Assembly (NCBI GenBank): GCA_964637135.1
Contig: CAZWTX010000030.1
Location: 1 to 32,270, forward strand
DNA from: an uncultured Methanospirillum sp.
GTDB taxonomy: Archaea > Halobacteriota > Methanomicrobia > Methanomicrobiales > Methanospirillaceae
DNA: 32,270 bases
Direction of reading: 5' to 3'
Shown here in pieces: positions 1 to 8,592 of the stretch. Made by a program: the position numbers and the translations under genes. The stretch's first letter is position 1, and every line of letters starts with the position of its first letter. The notes beneath the pieces were generated by a model that ran no database searches, was not told the origin of the DNA, and saw nothing but the letters and a program-made list of their open reading frames with translations.

Positions 1-155
1 CTTCTTTCACCAGCTGACGGGTAATGATTCCCCCTTTCATTTGAGATTATATAAAAGTTGTCCGGGGTTGATTCCTGGGGATCCCGGTCAGGGATAAGAC
101 CCGGATCTGTTTCCGGGTTTCACTGGTTTTTGGGGGGGAGATTGGGAATCGTGAT

Positions 156-270
156 GGAATGGTGATTCAGAGAGGGGGGATCGCTCGTCAGCAACTCCGG
201 CTGATTCATGGCGGGATTCTGCTGGGTCGTGGAGCAGGGTCATAATGATGGGAAATATATGGGGTAGAAA
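156..270. repeat. Repeat R1 copy a (~115 bp)
   Basis: ggaat..gattcagaga..actccggctgattcatggcgggattctgc..ggaaatata recurs at 2098-2215 and 5571-5690. Confidence 0.9.
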
Positions 271-395
271 GATAAATTACATAATTATGTTAGAAAAGGA
301 GGCGAAGAATCATCATAAGAAGGCCGTATATTGGTTCTAAAAGAGAACTTCCTAGGAATCTGCCTAAAAATGGGCGATATTCACATATCCATTAT

Positions 396-1004
396 ATGAA
401 TAACTATCCACGAAAACCAGATATAAAAACCCCAAAAATAACCCCTAATCAAATAAATAATCTAAATTCAATAGATGAGTCGAATTCAAAAATGAAGTAT
501 CTTCTCACAGATTGGCTTGATGAATTAATTACAAAAAAGCACGATCATTTGGCCTTAATTGGAATATTCGTGGCAATTGCGGTTTTCACTATTGATAAAC
601 ATATTGATATTGTCCCTTTCTTTTCATTGACATTTGCTCTTTATATCTGTTTCAATATTTTTTTATCCTCATTTCATAATGATATTAAAAATGGATTAAA
701 TATCTTTTCAATCTTATTTGGGGGAATAATTACTCCGCTCTATCTTTATCTCATATTTTACTCATTAGAATTACATCCGGATTTGATAATTTTTGGAGAG
801 TTTTTTTTAATTTTTTTGCCCATTAATTTGACCATTCAATTTATTCTATTTAAAATTCTATCCGAAAATGGAATCAACTGGTGGAAATATGAAAATCTCT
901 GTGTTTTTGGGTCATCTTTGATTTCATTAATTGTAACCTATTATGTAACACAATTCTATTATTGTAATCATATTCCCTTTTTTATCAAATATTTCTCACA
1001 CTAA
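396..1004 (+). CDS. AT-rich polytopic membrane protein (about 5 TM), unknown function
   Basis: 202-aa ORF with several hydrophobic 20-aa segments; lies between R1 and R2. Confidence 0.75.
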   Translation: MNNYPRKPDIKTPKITPNQINNLNSIDESNSKMKYLLTDWLDELITKKHDHLALIGIFVAIAVFTIDKHIDIVPFFSLTFALYICFNIFLSSFHNDIKNGLNIFSILFGGIITPLYLYLIFYSLELHPDLIIFGEFFLIFLPINLTIQFILFKILSENGINWWKYENLCVFGSSLISLIVTYYVTQFYYCNHIPFFIKYFSH

Positions 1005-1009
1005 TACTT

Positions 1010-1230
1010 CTTTTTCACCTTCCTCGTCACATTACACCGGCATCCCGGAAAATGGGAACCCTTTCGGTAATCTCACTAGTTCTCGATATACTCACTAAAG
1101 AAAATATAGAAAAAAACGGGAAAAAATTAAGAGGATTGAAGAATGGATTATTGCATGGCCGTCGCTGGTGATCTGGATTACTACTTCTATCTTTCCCGGA
1201 TTAATTCAAGCGTTGTATCATCAATGGGAG
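1010..1230. repeat. Repeat R2 copy a (3' end of a decayed minus-strand gene plus downstream sequence)
   Basis: ttcacc.tcctc.tcacatt.cac.ggcatcc ... ggattactacttc ... cccggatta..tcaagcgtt matches 6835-7053; minus strand reads PIDDTTLELIRER*K* versus PVNDETLEIIRARKK*. Confidence 0.85.
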
Positions 1231-1261
1231 GGAATAAAACTCTGAAAAATGGAACATTAAT

Positions 1262-1684
1262 CTATTGATGCCAGGTACCTTTGAAGACTCTATACGGTTT
1301 CGGTAAGATGATAGCAGCTTCTTTACTGTTATACAATTCGATATAGCCGGGTTCAGAGTAATCATTAAAAAACTTAATTCTACTTATCCCCGAAGACAGA
1401 TTATCCCATTGTCATGTTGTTCTCAATCCTTCTCCAAAAATATTAAGCGTAAGAACATTATCTGGACTGATAAAAGCATCCGCGGGGATAGTTGTTCCAC
1501 TATGGTAAAGTAATGATCCTTCAACAATTATTGATTTCATTGGAGAGATACAATTTGTGGGTACTGGACAATTTGAACAATCACCCGTTGGAGGACACGG
1601 ACAAAAAACTTCACAACAACCGCTTAATAAGCACCCAATAACCAATATTGGTATCAATAGGTAGATGTTCCTCATAATTTTCAA
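1262..1684 (-). pseudogene. Cys/Pro-rich lipoprotein, paralog of 4704..5156, interrupted by an in-frame TGA at 1412-1414
   Basis: Lipobox-like LLSGC. The frame continues after TGA as QWDNLSSGISRIKFFNDYSEPGYIELYNSKEAAIILPKPYRVFKGTWHQ*, which aligns with WKWNNASSGIAR...YIELYQNHEA...KGTWHV of the paralog. Confidence 0.85.
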
Positions 1685-2215
1685 TTTACATTAACATACA
1701 TATATATGTCGAAATGAGGGGGAGTTTAGGCAAATGAGAATTTATAACCTCTCTTTCCTAATTTGATTCTTTTGGCATTCTTTATACAGAACCTCTTCTC
1801 CGTTAACTGTTGTATATTGGTCTTTTCAGGATCAATTGATTCACGGTTTTTATAACTTGATTGATCTCTTTGCCCATCATATCCTGTAGGTTGAATTATC
1901 TTTATTTTCTGATTGAGCCATCTTCGTGACGGCATTAGGATTATCCTATTATCTGGTATCCGGTAGTGGCAATACTCATGAGGAGGCCGGATATTGAGCC
2001 TTCCTATATAATCTGCAGGTATGGTGAGGTCTTTCTTTGAGTAATACTTTGATGATCCATATCCTTCGGAGATGATCCGGTTAATGATCATCCGGACGGA
2101 ATGCAGATTCAGAGATGACGGGCATTGGTCATCAGTAACTCCAGCCGATTCATAACGGGATTCTGCTGGGTCGTGGATTGGGGTCCTGAAATAAAGAAAT
2201 ATAAAGGGTGGGAAA
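1566..2215. repeat. Duplicated block copy 1 (lipoprotein 5' end + ~420-bp spacer + R1 copy b at 2098-2215)
   Basis: Colinear with 5037-5690, including the identical stretch ttcaatttacattaacatacatatatatgtcgaaatgaggggg. Confidence 0.9.
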
Positions 2216-2223
2216 AAAGAGCC

Positions 2224-3024
2224 TTAAAAAACAGTTTTTTGAGTGAGAGTCCAGAGACCCCAATGTGATCCAACCTTCTTTTCTAAAGGTGCCTTCCATG
2301 CTTCATCAAATGCTTCAAAGTAGAAGAAAGGGATGTTATTCGATGTGGCCCATACAACACTCTGTCTTAAATATTTCTGAAAATTGGGTAATGATGGGAC
2401 AGCATTTCCATTTGTATCTCCATCACTAGGCCAGCCCATCTCCCCGATGATAACCGTTTTCCCCCCTGCTTTTTGTTTCACGCTGTTGTATGCATCGATT
2501 GTTTTCTGAAGTGCGGCATCAATACTATATCCTTCCCAGTAAGGATAAATATTCACTACTATAACATCAACTGCTGCGATAATATTCGGATGAGAATTAA
2601 TTAGTTGATATGTATCAACAACAGTTACTGGAATATTTGGAAATTTCTTTTTAAATGTCTGGATATAATCAAGCAATACCGATTCTGGCTGATCTCCTCT
2701 TAGTAATACTTCATTTCCGATGGCAGCGATGTCGACATATCCATTTTGAGCCTGATCCATTAAATTTTTTAATTGCTGACTGTTGACAGAAGAATCAGTC
2801 CCGATCCATGCTCCCATCATAATCTTTAACCCATTCTCATGGGCAATTTTTCCGGTTACCTCTAATCCGCTTTGCGTTCCAAAGGTTCTCACCCATTTTG
2901 TCTTTGATTTTATAATCTGAATCAATTCTTTAATTTCATCTGGTGAGATATAACCAGGGGGCTGTTTTCCTACGAGATAAGGGCTAAAATTCAACCCATA
3001 GAGTTGAGATTCTGATTCTTCCAT
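2224..3024 (-). CDS. Glycoside hydrolase family 17 (beta-1,3-glucanase/transglycosylase-like)
   Basis: GLNFSPY, WVRTF, IGNEVLLRGD (acid/base Glu), VNIYPYWEG, IGEMGWPSDG (nucleophile), FYFEAFDEAWK, HWGL motifs. Confidence 0.9.
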   Translation of the reverse strand: MEESESQLYGLNFSPYLVGKQPPGYISPDEIKELIQIIKSKTKWVRTFGTQSGLEVTGKIAHENGLKIMMGAWIGTDSSVNSQQLKNLMDQAQNGYVDIAAIGNEVLLRGDQPESVLLDYIQTFKKKFPNIPVTVVDTYQLINSHPNIIAAVDVIVVNIYPYWEGYSIDAALQKTIDAYNSVKQKAGGKTVIIGEMGWPSDGDTNGNAVPSLPNFQKYLRQSVVWATSNNIPFFYFEAFDEAWKAPLEKKVGSHWGLWTLTQKTVF

Positions 3025-3430
3025 ACATCTTCACCTAGAAGGAAAAGTATCAAGCGAGTACATAAATACATCTAAATGGTTTTCAATATTTAAATGATTT
3101 AATAAAATCCTGCCCCCGAAATAATCGATGAATCACCGTTTATTATGAAATTAAAAAGGAATATTTTGGAATTCCCATACCCCTGAAAACGCTAATAAAA
3201 TACCTGTAATACGGGAATTATTATTTCTTGATTTGATACTATTGTTGAAAAGAAATGGACTACGTGTAATAGCCGTTGCAATGAGTAATCCGCGTATGTA
3301 TATACAGGTACTTTTAATTCTTCCAGCAATTAGGCAATAATTCTCCGAAACGAAGTTATTTGTCATGTCTCATGTTCTTCCCGCCTGAGAGATCATCCCC
3401 CCATCAAGAGGGCAGATTGAATGGGTTGCA

Positions 3431-3523
3431 TCGCTTCCTGCAGGAGGGCGATAACCAGGGCCTCCTGCCGCATGGTTTTTATTTTCCTGATATCTGTGAG
3501 TAATCAGGAGATGGGAGAAATGG
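3431..3523 (-). repeat. Repeat R3 copy a (5' fragment of a decayed gene)
   Basis: ttcctg.agga...cgat...cagggcct..tg ... ctgatat ... atcaggagatggg..aaatgg matches 4405-4500. Confidence 0.7.
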
Positions 3524-4259
3524 GGAAAAAATGGTGGGGAATAATTGAATCTCAAATGGAATTATGTGATATACTCCTATCCAAATGTTCACTACCAGAT
3601 TCCATAGTAATGAAGAATCAAAAATCCTTCGCATATAAGGCAAAGGAGTGAGATGATCATGTGGATTACCAGCAATCTAGATAGGATACCATTATTTGAT
3701 TCAATGACTCTATGTTCCATAATCATTCACTATTTGGATGATTGTAATTCTGGGAAGGATGAATTTAGATCCTCATACTAAAGCACATCCTTTCCATTTT
3801 TGTTTCCAGCATAGTGCTTTTTTGCCTGAATCGTACCATACGCCAATCCAAATCTCAATAACCCTTTTCCGATTTGTCCCTCCTTTGGAACATCAGGGAG
3901 AATAAAACTCCTCTGTCCATGATTTTAATCATGCTATGTGCAGATTAATATTCCCAAAAAATCACCATTTCGACAAAAAGGAAGATTATGGGGGAAAATG
4001 GAGAAAAAAACCTAATTTATAACATTGAATTACTTTCTCTTTACTGTTTTGAAAAAATTATCAGTACCTGACTGAGTTCTAAATAATATTCAATTTAACC
4101 AGATATTGAGTGAATATGGTACATAAATGATGAAATTGTAAATAAGAGATCCCGAACGCAAAATGAGAATAGGTTGTATTCAGCAGAAAAAGAGATTCTA
4201 AACATATCAATGTCAAGGACTATGATATATGACTCATGATATGGACATTTGCAAAGATA

Positions 4260-4500
4260 CTTGGCACGGGTTTTTCAGGAAGTATATCTTTGCCCAGCCG
4301 GCAATATCCAGCAGTTTACTCCGGTCAAAATCTGCTCCGGACGATCCAGAGATCCGTTCCCATCCGGCACCGAGTTCCGGGATGGCGAGTTCTAGGGTAC
4401 TGAGTCGTTCCTGGAGGATGTCGATCGTCAGGGCCTGTTGCTGGATTTATGCCTCTGCTTCGCTGATATTCATGAGATATCAGGAGATGGGGAAAATGGT
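4260..4500 (-). pseudogene. R3 copy b: decayed gene start with coiled-coil N-terminus
   Basis: From ATG 4473 the minus strand reads MNISEAEA*IQQQALTIDILQERLSTLELAIPELGAGWERISG...; GC-richer than flanks; homologous to 3431-3523. Confidence 0.55.
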
Positions 4501-4634
4501 AGTGATAAGGGGGGGTCATTAATAGAAAAAAAAGGAGTTATTAAAATCCTCAAATTTTGGATTGATATGAGGGGCAACCCAAAAAAAATTTCATGTTTAT
4601 CTTAACCATTGGATTTCAACAAAGCCTTTAATCA

Positions 4635-4663
4635 AAAGATTATGATCTGATATCATAATCTTT
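4635..4663. repeat. Perfect 12-bp inverted repeat with 5-nt spacer
   Basis: aaagattatgat-ctgat-atcataatcttt. Confidence 0.9.
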
Positions 4664-4703
4664 CTTGATTTGAGGGGGTTAACAGAACTTTTTTTTGATC
4701 TCT

Positions 4704-5156
4704 CTACACATGCCAAGTTCCCTTTGAAACATATCTATCAAACGTGACAGATGCTTCGTGATTTTGATATAATTCAATATATTCGGGAGATGAGCCCCCA
4801 TTATCTACATATAATACCGCTCGTGCAATTCCTGATGATGCATTATTCCATTTCCAGTATCCAGAACCACCCACCCCATTCCAATTAATTCTCGCGATAT
4901 TGTCCGGATTTAGGAATGCAACAACATTATGTTGATAAGTAGACGCTGGAGCTTCAATGATAATTGTATTCGTGGGAGAAATACAATCATTTGTTTTGGG
5001 GCATTGATCACAGTTCAATGTCGGACAAGGGGGTATTGGACAATTTGAACAATCACCCGCTGGAGGACACGGACAAAAATCTTCGCAACAACCGCTTAAT
5101 AAGCACCCAATAACCAGGAATGGTAGCAGTAGGTAGAGGTTCCCCATAGTTTTCAA
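4704..5156 (-). CDS. Cys/Pro-rich lipoprotein with small beta-rich C-terminal domain
   Basis: Hydrophobic N-terminus + LLSGCC lipobox-like motif, CPCPP/CxxCP repeats; TATA-like tatatatg about 25-30 nt upstream (ATG at 5147 is an alternative start). Confidence 0.85.
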   Translation of the reverse strand: MKTMGNLYLLLPFLVIGCLLSGCCEDFCPCPPAGDCSNCPIPPCPTLNCDQCPKTNDCISPTNTIIIEAPASTYQHNVVAFLNPDNIARINWNGVGGSGYWKWNNASSGIARAVLYVDNGGSSPEYIELYQNHEASVTFDRYVSKGTWHV

Positions 5157-5690
5157 TTTACATTAACATACATATATATGTCGAAATGAGGGGGTGTTTA
5201 GGCAAGTGAGATATTATAAACCCTCTTTCCTAATTAGACTCTTCTGGCATTCTTCATACAGAATCTCTTCTGCGTTAACTGTCGCATATTGCTCTTTTCA
5301 GGATCAAGTAGTAGGTTATGCTTTTCCATAGCCAGATCGATGTCTTTTGTTCATATGTGTTCTGTGGTCGTATTTTTTTTTTTGATTGAACTGCCCTCAT
5401 GACCGCAATAGGATTATTCGATTATGTGGTATCCAGAACAGACAATACTCAAGAGAAGCACGGTTATAGAACCATTCTCTATTATCCGTGTGTCTAATGA
5501 GGTTTTTCTTTGAGTAATACTCTGAAGATCCTTATCCTTCCGAGATGATCTGGTTAATGACCATCTGGTCGGAATGCTGATTCAGAGAGGGGGTTGGGAT
5601 CACTTGTCAGTTACTCCGGCTGATTCAAGGCGGGATTCTGCCCTGCCATGGAGCAGAGTCATGAAAATGGGAAATATAAAGGACGGGAAG
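5037..5690. repeat. Duplicated block copy 2 (includes R1 copy c at 5571-5690)
   Basis: Colinear with 1566-2215. Confidence 0.9.
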
Positions 5691-5722
5691 TTTTTTTCTT
5701 TACCTAGTGATAAATATCCTCC

Positions 5723-6010
5723 ATGGGTATTAGTACGGTTCCAAATGTTCAATGTAATCGATGCGGAAAAACTGTAACACTAATACATAGAACTACTCAA
5801 TATGGAGATAGATATCCAACAATATGTCCTGAATGTAAAGGGCTCATAGATGGATTGGGAAATCCTGTAGAGAAATCAGATATTGAATGCCCTTGGTGTG
5901 GAAAAAAAGGACACATTTTTTTCCGTCTTGATAATGACGGAAAACGTACCAAATCATATTGCATGAATTGTGTAAATTGGGTTAATGGAGATGGAACAAA
6001 GATTGAATAA
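5723..6010 (+). CDS. Small double Zn-ribbon protein
   Basis: Four CxxC pairs (CNRC, CPEC, CPWC, CMNC) in two internally repeated halves ending IDGLG / VNGDG. Confidence 0.8.
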   Translation: MGISTVPNVQCNRCGKTVTLIHRTTQYGDRYPTICPECKGLIDGLGNPVEKSDIECPWCGKKGHIFFRLDNDGKRTKSYCMNCVNWVNGDGTKIE

Positions 6011-6040
6011 AATTTGATAATCATCATGGAAACTTAATAA

Positions 6041-6817
6041 GTGGTTATTATGGCGATCTTTCTTGATATTGATGGAATTCCTCAAGATGCAATTGTTACT
6101 GAATCTGAAATATTAGGGAAATACCTTGATGAAAGCGAATTATTTAGGCGATTTTACGAAAATCAATGGACATCAGTAAAATCTAAGGTTTTTTGGTTAA
6201 ATGATCAAAAATTGGATGAATTGGACCGTCTTGATAATAGCAAATTTGCATTAATGCAACATACCAATGAAGAATATTTCGTTAGAATTAATCCTGCTTA
6301 TAATCATTCAGATCCAGAATTAATAATTGTTCATGAAATGACTCATATTATTATCCAAGAATCTGGATTTCCTATGGTTGGCCCTATTATTTATGAGGAT
6401 GAACAGAGTAAACAATTATCTGTTTTTTTTAATGAAATGCTTCATGATCCCTTAGTCATAAACAAAATGGTAAAAAATGGATATGATTTAAGGCAAGAAT
6501 ATAATGGCCAGTTTGAAGGCTTGTGTGATGGAATAGAGAAGAAAGTAAAGGATGATATATCCGGATTAAAGGAAACGGTTGTAATTTTTTGGATAGTACA
6601 ATTTTTATTAGAATGCCACCTAATATTTGAACCAAATATTTGCAGAAAATATTGCGATAGAATTCGGTCGATAATTCCTAAAATATTTAATAAATCTTTT
6701 TTGACATATAACAGGATAAATGAAAAAAATATGTGTGATAAAAAAAATTTTATTGAAATAATTAAGGGTATACTTACTCACTATAAATTGAATCATTTAC
6801 TTTTCATAGTTAAGTAA
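6041..6817 (+). CDS. HEXXH zincin-like metallopeptidase-domain protein
   Basis: IIVHEMTHII motif followed by GFP and NEMLHDPLV; no signal peptide; AT-rich. Confidence 0.7.
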   Translation: MVIMAIFLDIDGIPQDAIVTESEILGKYLDESELFRRFYENQWTSVKSKVFWLNDQKLDELDRLDNSKFALMQHTNEEYFVRINPAYNHSDPELIIVHEMTHIIIQESGFPMVGPIIYEDEQSKQLSVFFNEMLHDPLVINKMVKNGYDLRQEYNGQFEGLCDGIEKKVKDDISGLKETVVIFWIVQFLLECHLIFEPNICRKYCDRIRSIIPKIFNKSFLTYNRINEKNMCDKKNFIEIIKGILTHYKLNHLLFIVK

Positions 6818-6834
6818 AAACCTTATGATTCATC

Positions 6835-7053
6835 CTTTTCTTCACCCTCCTCATCACATTGCACTGGCATCCTGGCGGGGATTCTCTCTGTAATATCAAC
6901 CGTTCTAAAGATACTCACTCCAGAAGATGTTGTAAAGAAAGTGGAAAGGATAGGGATGATAAAAAAAGGATTATTGTTGAGCCGCTGCAGTTGTCCCGGA
7001 TTACTACTTCTTCCTAGCCCGGATTATCTCAAGCGTTTCATCATTAACTGGGG
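6835..7053. repeat. Repeat R2 copy b
   Basis: Matches 1010-1230; begins about 18 nt after the stop of the preceding cargo gene (copy a begins about 6 nt after its cargo stop). Confidence 0.85.
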
Positions 7054-7160
7054 CGATCCTCTCTTCCGTGCAGATCCGAAGGAATAACTCTTTTCCTTCT
7101 TTCATATCTTCATTGGCAACCAGTATCTCTTTTCCTGAATATTTCAGCGTCCCAGGGGGA
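7004..7160 (-). pseudogene. 3' fragment of an unknown gene overlapping R2
   Basis: Open frame PGTLKYSGKEILVANEDMKEGKELFLRICTEERIAPVNDETLEIIRARKK* with no intact 5' portion; its C-terminus is conserved in R2 copy a. Confidence 0.5.
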
Positions 7161-7262
7161 GACAAACCGTTTATCTACCCTATCGATCATTGAATTCCTC
7201 CCAGAATATCTTCTATGAAGGGAATTAGATTCTTATGGATATGAATGAAACGGGTACAATTA

Positions 7263-7580
7263 TTATCCTTTAGAATATTGTTCCAATTGCCCGGAATCAT
7301 ATGCTTCATCAAGCGTTTTTAATATAGATTCTGCCAATGATTTTGCTGCAGAATGGGACATGTAAATTCTGTTCGCCGGAACAACGGTTTTTCCATCATC
7401 AGTAACAGTCCCGGGCATTTTTAAAAAATCTATCATGATATCACGATATGACACATTGATGTAAGCGAGATTGGAATAATCATGTGATTCTACCTTGATT
7501 TTCAAATCAATCTTTTCCGGATTATAAATCGATTGAAAATCATACTGCTTGGGACTTTTTTCGATGGTATTTTCACTCAT
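7263..7580 (-). CDS. DUF3467-like protein
   Basis: YSNLAYINVS..DIMIDF ... RIYMSHSAAKSLAESI pattern typical of DUF3467; start overlaps the upstream stop (ATGA). Confidence 0.7.
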   Translation of the reverse strand: MSENTIEKSPKQYDFQSIYNPEKIDLKIKVESHDYSNLAYINVSYRDIMIDFLKMPGTVTDDGKTVVPANRIYMSHSAAKSLAESILKTLDEAYDSGQLEQYSKG

Positions 7581-8086
7581 GCTATTTCCTGAATTGGATA
7601 ACTGTGAGGAGAGTCCTGGGACATTTTCTTGAATTCTTTGCTAAGATCTACCTTGGGCAGGGTTTGGGCTTGATTTCGATACTGGACTTTCGCCATCAAT
7701 CCCTGATAATATCGCTCTATTTCCCTATCCATCAATGATGAATGCTCATGGTCATCAGTAATTGCATAGGTGAGGAAGGTTAATGCCCGATATTTTTTAG
7801 AGTTGAGGTTTATTCGATAGATGGACCGTTGAGGATCTTTCTCTTCCCTAATGACCAAACCGAGATTGACAAGTGTTTTCAAAGAATTTGTTATTGAGGT
7901 TGTAGATAGGGCTAATTGGTTTTCCAAATCCTTTACACGATAGTCAATGAAGGGATCAGAAATCATCTCCTCTACAATCTGTACTATCGCCGCATTTCCA
8001 AAAAGCCCGCCATATGGGGTACTTAAGTACTTCTCTTCTTCCCGGTCAATCCTGGCTGTATCCTGCTTACAGAGATGTTCCATCAT
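7577..8086 (-). CDS. Winged-helix (ArsR/MarR-like) DNA-binding protein with C-terminal extension
   Basis: LFGNAAIVQIV...DYRVKDL...STTSITNSLKTLVNLGLV...YRINLNS; RBS gaggtga. Confidence 0.75.
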   Translation of the reverse strand: MMEHLCKQDTARIDREEEKYLSTPYGGLFGNAAIVQIVEEMISDPFIDYRVKDLENQLALSTTSITNSLKTLVNLGLVIREEKDPQRSIYRINLNSKKYRALTFLTYAITDDHEHSSLMDREIERYYQGLMAKVQYRNQAQTLPKVDLSKEFKKMSQDSPHSYPIQEIA

Positions 8087-8127
8087 TCACCTCTCTTCTA
8101 AAAAATTAGCAGTAACAGGTAAAAAAG

Positions 8128-8424
8128 TTATAGGTCTGTACTGCCTCCATGATGTCCTCGGTATATTTCATAGTATTCGGACCAGGATTGAGCCCAACTT
8201 AAATCATTCAGGATAATAAAGGGTTCAGTTCTCCCCCGTGATGAGACATACCTGATGCAAACGTTCTCTTCACCAACCGTTTGGATCAATTTGTGAAAGT
8301 CAAGATTTGGAAATTTATTGGCAATTTTTCGATCTTTGAGCGATATTTTAGTTCTATGTTTTAGTAGCCAGGAAATAAATTGTGCATATTCTTCGGTGGG
8401 ATCTGGAGGTCTGGGACCGATCAT
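8128..8424 (-). CDS. Hypothetical protein, first gene of the 3-gene operon
   Basis: 98-aa ORF co-oriented and closely spaced with the wHTH gene. Confidence 0.65.
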   Translation of the reverse strand: MIGPRPPDPTEEYAQFISWLLKHRTKISLKDRKIANKFPNLDFHKLIQTVGEENVCIRYVSSRGRTEPFIILNDLSWAQSWSEYYEIYRGHHGGSTDL

Positions 8425-8565
8425 GCTATTCTCTTAAGAAAAAGTTGTTTTGACCGAATTAATCAATTCCCTAACCAACATTGGTGAATTTTCCGTAATA
8501 TCAGATGATGCTCCCCTGAGAAAAAGTGCCACCATAAAAATGGGGTCAATGATCGACACTGCATA

Positions 8566-8592
8566 TTATGTGACAATTCACTTGTTGCATAA
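8566..8592. promoter_or_regulatory. Imperfect inverted repeat (11-5-11), candidate operator in the divergent intergenic region
   Basis: ttatgtgacaa-ttcac-ttgttgcataa (9/11 arm match); attatgtg repeated at ~8606. Confidence 0.4.

Noticed and set aside
1..60. Possible start of a minus-strand gene (MKGGIITRQLVKE) running off the window
   Set aside because: Too little sequence to support
1412..1414. Selenocysteine or recoded TGA
   Set aside because: The codon aligns with Trp, not Cys, and TGA is used as a normal stop throughout the window
1726..2091. 121-aa ORF as a real gene
   Set aside because: The homologous frame in copy 2 (about 5207-5564) has multiple stops and no family is recognisable; treated as non-coding or decayed
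3151..3930. Short ORFs 3151..3366, 3370..3555, 3421..3651 and a Cys/Trp-rich fragment near 3775-3920
   Set aside because: No recognisable motifs; overlap decayed repeat sequence
1566..5690. Duplicated blocks as a DGR template/variable repeat pair
   Set aside because: Mismatches involve all bases rather than only adenines, include indels, and no reverse transcriptase is present
156..7053. CRISPR array or classical attC integron
   Set aside because: Repeats are 90-650 bp, irregularly spaced and diverged; no GTTRRRY/RYYYAAC paired ends recognised; no IntI or cas genes
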